Shown here piece by piece: positions 56,462 to 64,000 of a stretch of 64,000 bases of DNA (the stretch's first letter is position 1; each line of letters begins with the position of its first letter). The DNA comes from Paraspadella gotoi. Taxonomy: Eukaryota; Animalia; Chaetognatha. The notes below the pieces were generated by a model that was not told where the DNA came from, made no database searches, and saw only the letters and a list, made by a program, of their open reading frames with translations. The DNA is taken from positions 21,505,532 to 21,569,531 of the forward strand of contig CM119270.1 of the NCBI GenBank assembly GCA_051294375.1, given 5' to 3'. Both the position numbers and the translations under genes were made by a program.

Positions 56462-57319
56462 CTGGGGTGAGGTGGGTGGGTAGGGTGTGAGGTTCACACT
56501 GGGGTGGGGGGGTTTTACTTTCTCCCTTCTCCTTCTCTTCCTCTTGTGCTCTCCTCGCCAGGAACGGGCAAGGACCTCCCAAGAGTGATTATAATCATTG
56601 CAGGAGTTTCAGATGGGGGAGGGGATCGGGGAAAGGGGATCGGGGAAAGGTATCGGGGATCAGGGAAATGGATCAGGTAAGGGATAGGGGAAGGGTATCG
56701 GGGAAGGGGATGAGGGGAAGGGGATCAGGGGAAAAGGATCTGGCTGTGATCAGCGCTTGGTGAGGGGGCAGGGAAAACATTTTTTTTTAAATATTTGGTC
56801 TTTGGAACGATGAAATTGGTTTAAGGTTTAAGCGAACTAAGGAAATCGAGAGAATTAGTTAATTAATATGTACATTGCGTGATGCTCTAATTCATTAGGT
56901 TTCTCACTGGTCGCTCGTCTTATTCGTAAGATACTTATCGAAAGTGACATTGATTATATATTTTTACCTTCAACTTTTATTATTGTCTTTCGTCCGTAAA
57001 CCAAATCCTTCCCTGTTATAAATCTTTCTTCTCCGCGTTATTTAATGGATAAATCCAACCCCAAAAGTATTAAATCCATACCTGAACATCGAGCGTTCTC
57101 TTATAACCATTTTGTACCTCACCTTTTTTTCGAACATTTCTGCCTCACCAATTTTATTCAGGGCAATTTCCTTCCTTCTCTTCAACACTTTTTCCTTCGT
57201 TAACACAATTCGATTTATTCACCTTAATTCACTCTACATTTTATTTTCTCTAAAGCCCTGATTAGATGGTGATTACCTCCAATCCCTCCTCTGATCTCAC
57301 TTCTCTTAAATATGGCTGA

Positions 57320-57388
<69 letters not shown>

Positions 57389-57745
57389 CACTGCCCCTTC
57401 TCTCCCCTTTTCTCCTTCTTCCTCCCTTCCTCCACCCCTCTTCCTCTAATCCCGCCCCCTCTCTTCTCCCTTTCATCCCCCTTTCCCTCCCTCCTCCCTT
57501 CTTCTCTGACGTCATCTCCCGCCGACATCGACGCAAAAAAAAAAAATTCCCTCCTCTTCCTCCTCCCCTTTCGCTCCTCCTCCTCCCCCTTTCGCTCCTC
57601 CTCCTCTTCCTTCCTCCTCTCCTCCCCTCCCTCCCCCTTTTCGCTCCTCCCACCAAAATATAATGAAAAAAAGTTGCTTTTTTAGCATCAAACTTTTTTT
57701 TTACACTTCCAAGTTTTTTGTTTTGTTTTTATGACCCCTCGGGAT

Positions 57746-57779
<34 letters not shown>

Positions 57780-58141
57780 AAAGGAGCGCGGTATTTAAAA
57801 ACTCGGAAAGGAGAGAGAGAGAGAGTCAGTTAGATGGAATGATCGAGAGAGAAAGACAGAGTGAGAGATACAAGGAGTCAAATCGAAAACAAAACGACGC
57901 AGAAAGAAATACAAAACTCGTATAATTTAAACGAAAAAGTGCAGCTACAAAAGATTTATTAAAAAAAACAACTTATTTCGCTTTTCGCGACGATACAACT
58001 CTACTACAAATACAAGATCAATAATTTTAAATATCACTCCTAAATTGTTAAAATATTTTCACCAAATTACGGCTTCCAATTCGTAATTCGATCGAAACTA
58101 CTTTTAGGAAGTTCCATCGTAATTTTGAAATCCGCGAAACG

Positions 58142-61331
<3,190 letters not shown>

Positions 61332-61898
61332 GTCAGACAAAGAAAAATTGAAACATGAAATTAATCTCCCTTCTCTACAAATAAAAATCACAAACATCGA
61401 AAAAAGATAACTGAATCTAACTCATCTTTGGATGGAATCACTATTCACCAGAAAATATGGAGAAAGATTCCATCTTTCATTTTGATCTTGACGAAAAATC
61501 TCTGAAGAATTATCTCTTTTCTTTTTCTTGTTTTTTTTTTTCTTTTTTTCTTTTTCTTATTATTTATCCTTTTTTCTTTCTCTTTTCCTTTATTTTCTCA
61601 TCTTTTTCTTTCTTCTTATTTTTCTTTCTTTTTTTCTTTCTTTTCTTCTTCTTTTTCATCTTCTTCTCTCAAATGTCACAAAAAAATCACNNNNNNNNNN
61701 NNNNNNNNNNNNNNNNNNNNNNNNNNNNNNNNNNNNNNNNNNNNNNNNNNNNNNNNNNNNNNNNNNNNNNNNNNNNNNNNNNNNNNNNNNNNNNNNNNNN
61801 NNNNNNNNNNNNNNNNNNNNNNNNNNNNNNNNNNNNNNNNNNNNNNNNNNNNNNNNNNNNNNNNNNNNNNNNNNNNNNNNNNNNNNNNNNNNNNNNNN

Positions 61899-61935
<37 letters not shown>

Positions 61936-62159
61936 CGTCTCTTTTTTTTCTTCAGATGTTTTTCAGATGATCTCAGATGATCTTCGCAGAGATGATGAAG
62001 GAAGAGAGAGAGCAGCCCAGTCTATTGACCTTTTTGACCTCTTGACTTCTTGATGACCCGACGAGATTTTTGATCCTTTGACGTCTTCGTGATCTCATCT
62101 CATCTCATCTCATCTCAGCTGACCCGATTAAAGTTTCTCTTTTTCAATGGGCGGCCATG

Positions 62160-62608
62160 ACGAGAGAAAAAGACCCTCGCTGCCAATTGGGAGCAGGGGA
62201 AGAGTGGGGAGAGAGGAGGGGGAGGGAGAAATAGGACGGAGGGTAGAGAGAGAGAGAGAGAGACGAGAAAGAGAGAGAGAAGAGAGAGAGAAGGAGAGAG
62301 AGAGAGAGAGAGAGACAGAGGAGAAATTATAATAGTCTTAAAAGGAGAGAGCAGAGCAGAAGAGAGAAAGAGACATGAGACGAAGAAAGAGAAGAAAGAG
62401 AAATGTGAGGAAAGAGGAAGAACGGAAAGGGGCGAAAAGAGGAAGAGAAAGAGAAGAGGTTGTAAATATAATCAGCTAAGGAGCGGAAAGAGGAGAGAGA
62501 GAAAAAAAAAGAGACAAGGGAAGAAAGAAGAGAAAGAGAAGCAAGGAAGAAGAGGGAGAGAGGGGGGAGGAAGAAATAGGGGTACGGAGAGTGAGAGAGG
62601 AGGAGAGA

Positions 62609-62639
<31 letters not shown>

Positions 62640-62915
62640 CCCTGCAGAGAGAGAGAGAGACAGGGAAGAAATCTAATAGCTTAAAAGGAGAGAGAGGAGA
62701 GAGAGAGGAAAGAGACATGGGAAGAAGAGAAAGAGAGAAAGTTTGAGATTGAGAAAGAGAGAAAGATAGAGAAATGAGAGAAAGAGAGAGGTTGAAAATA
62801 TAATAGCTTAAAAGGGAGAGAAGAGAAAAAAAGAAGACAAGGAGAAAGAGAGAGAAAGAGAAGTAAGGAAGAAGAGGGGAGAGATGGGGCGGAGGGAGAA
62901 ATAGGGGGTAGGAGA

Positions 62916-62967
<52 letters not shown>

Positions 62968-63680
62968 AAGAGAGAAGAGAAATTTAGGATTCACGACGTG
63001 AATTTGGACTAAAAGTGAAGAAATGAAGACGAATTCGCTCAACGAACTTTTTCTCTCCTCTCTCATTAAGGAAGAAAAACGACTGAACAGGAGAGAGGAA
63101 GTGAGAGGGAGGAGGGGAGAGAGGGAGAAGAGGGTGGGGTAGAGGGAGGGAGGGAAAAAAAAAAGAGAAGAGAGGTAAAGATGGAGAGGTGAGGGGTAGA
63201 GGGAAGGAGAGAGGGAAGGGGGAGAAAGAAAAAGAAAGAAAAGAAAAGAAATGAAAGAAGAAAGAAAGAAAGAAAAAAGAAAAGAAAGAAAGAAGAAAGA
63301 AAGAGAAAGAAGAAAGAAAGAAGTAAATGAAGAGAGAGAGAAATAGAGAGAGAGGGATAGAGAGAAGACCAGAAAGAAGAGAAAGGGGAATGGGGAGAGA
63401 GAGAGAGCTAGGGATAAAAAATCGCGACCCGGCGGATTTCCGTCTCAGACTCTCGGTTCCGGAAATGTTGTTCTTACTATCCGCTGAGAGGAGGAGGAGA
63501 AGGAAGAGGAGGAAGGAGGAGGAAGAGGAAGGAGAGGAAGGGGATGGCAAAAAAAAAATTAATGGACATGGAGGTAGAGAAGAACGAAGAGAGATAGAGA
63601 CATGAGAGGAGAGATTAAATTGCGAGAAAAGAGAGAGAGGAGAGCGACATAATATTTAAAAGAAAGCAGAGAGAGAGAGC
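62160..63680. repeat. Purine-rich low-complexity / (GA)n region
   Basis: Nearly continuous G/A tract with internal duplications; the ORFs here are spurious. Other (GA)n/(CT)n/(GAAA)n tracts lie at e.g. 3575, 6415, 25000, 30480, 54655, 58675 and 60335. Confidence 0.85.
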
Positions 63681-64000
63681 GACATATAATTTAAAATGTT
63701 TTGTTTGTAATAAAACATAAACAATACGAATATGTATGAAACGAGAATTTTTTAAGATCTTTGATCTAGAAGCCATATATGAAATTTCAACCCCCTATGA
63801 ATCACACTTTCAGAAGCGCATGATTGGCAAAAGAAGCGTGAACCGAGCTCAACCGAATCAAAATCTAGCCAGGACGGGCTTTGCCCGCCTGGCTGCGATC
63901 AATAGAGGATATTTGTTTGTTTGATAAAATGTAAACAAAACATTTAATAACTGTTCCTGACTCAATTTTAAGGACATGCGATGATACAAGCTGAATATAA

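Overview
This is AT-rich, microsatellite-rich animal (invertebrate-type) genomic DNA from a gapped draft assembly, so most ORFs in the track are spurious. I rebuilt the genes by hand from GT-AG exon chains. (1) A + strand Polyhomeotic-like Polycomb gene (~7109-28091; polyQ N-terminus, HD1, FCS zinc finger, SAM domain). Its polyQ exon is interrupted by an ~8.6-kb inverted copy of its own 3' half, forming a palindrome centred on a 25-N gap that is most likely an assembly artefact. (2) A complete + strand alpha-actinin gene (36359-53232; 17 coding exons, 889 aa). It has a tandemly duplicated neck exon, and two phase-compatible cryptic exons in intron 12 could give an isoform lacking the EF-hands with a novel 121-aa tail. 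(3) The 5' part of a + strand secreted-protein gene (58142 onward; signal peptide, RQKR site, coiled coil). Many introns start G/GA-rich and end C/CT- or CA-rich, some with exact complementarity, and many splice sites sit in tandem repeats. There are also SINE-like, MITE-like and satellite repeats.
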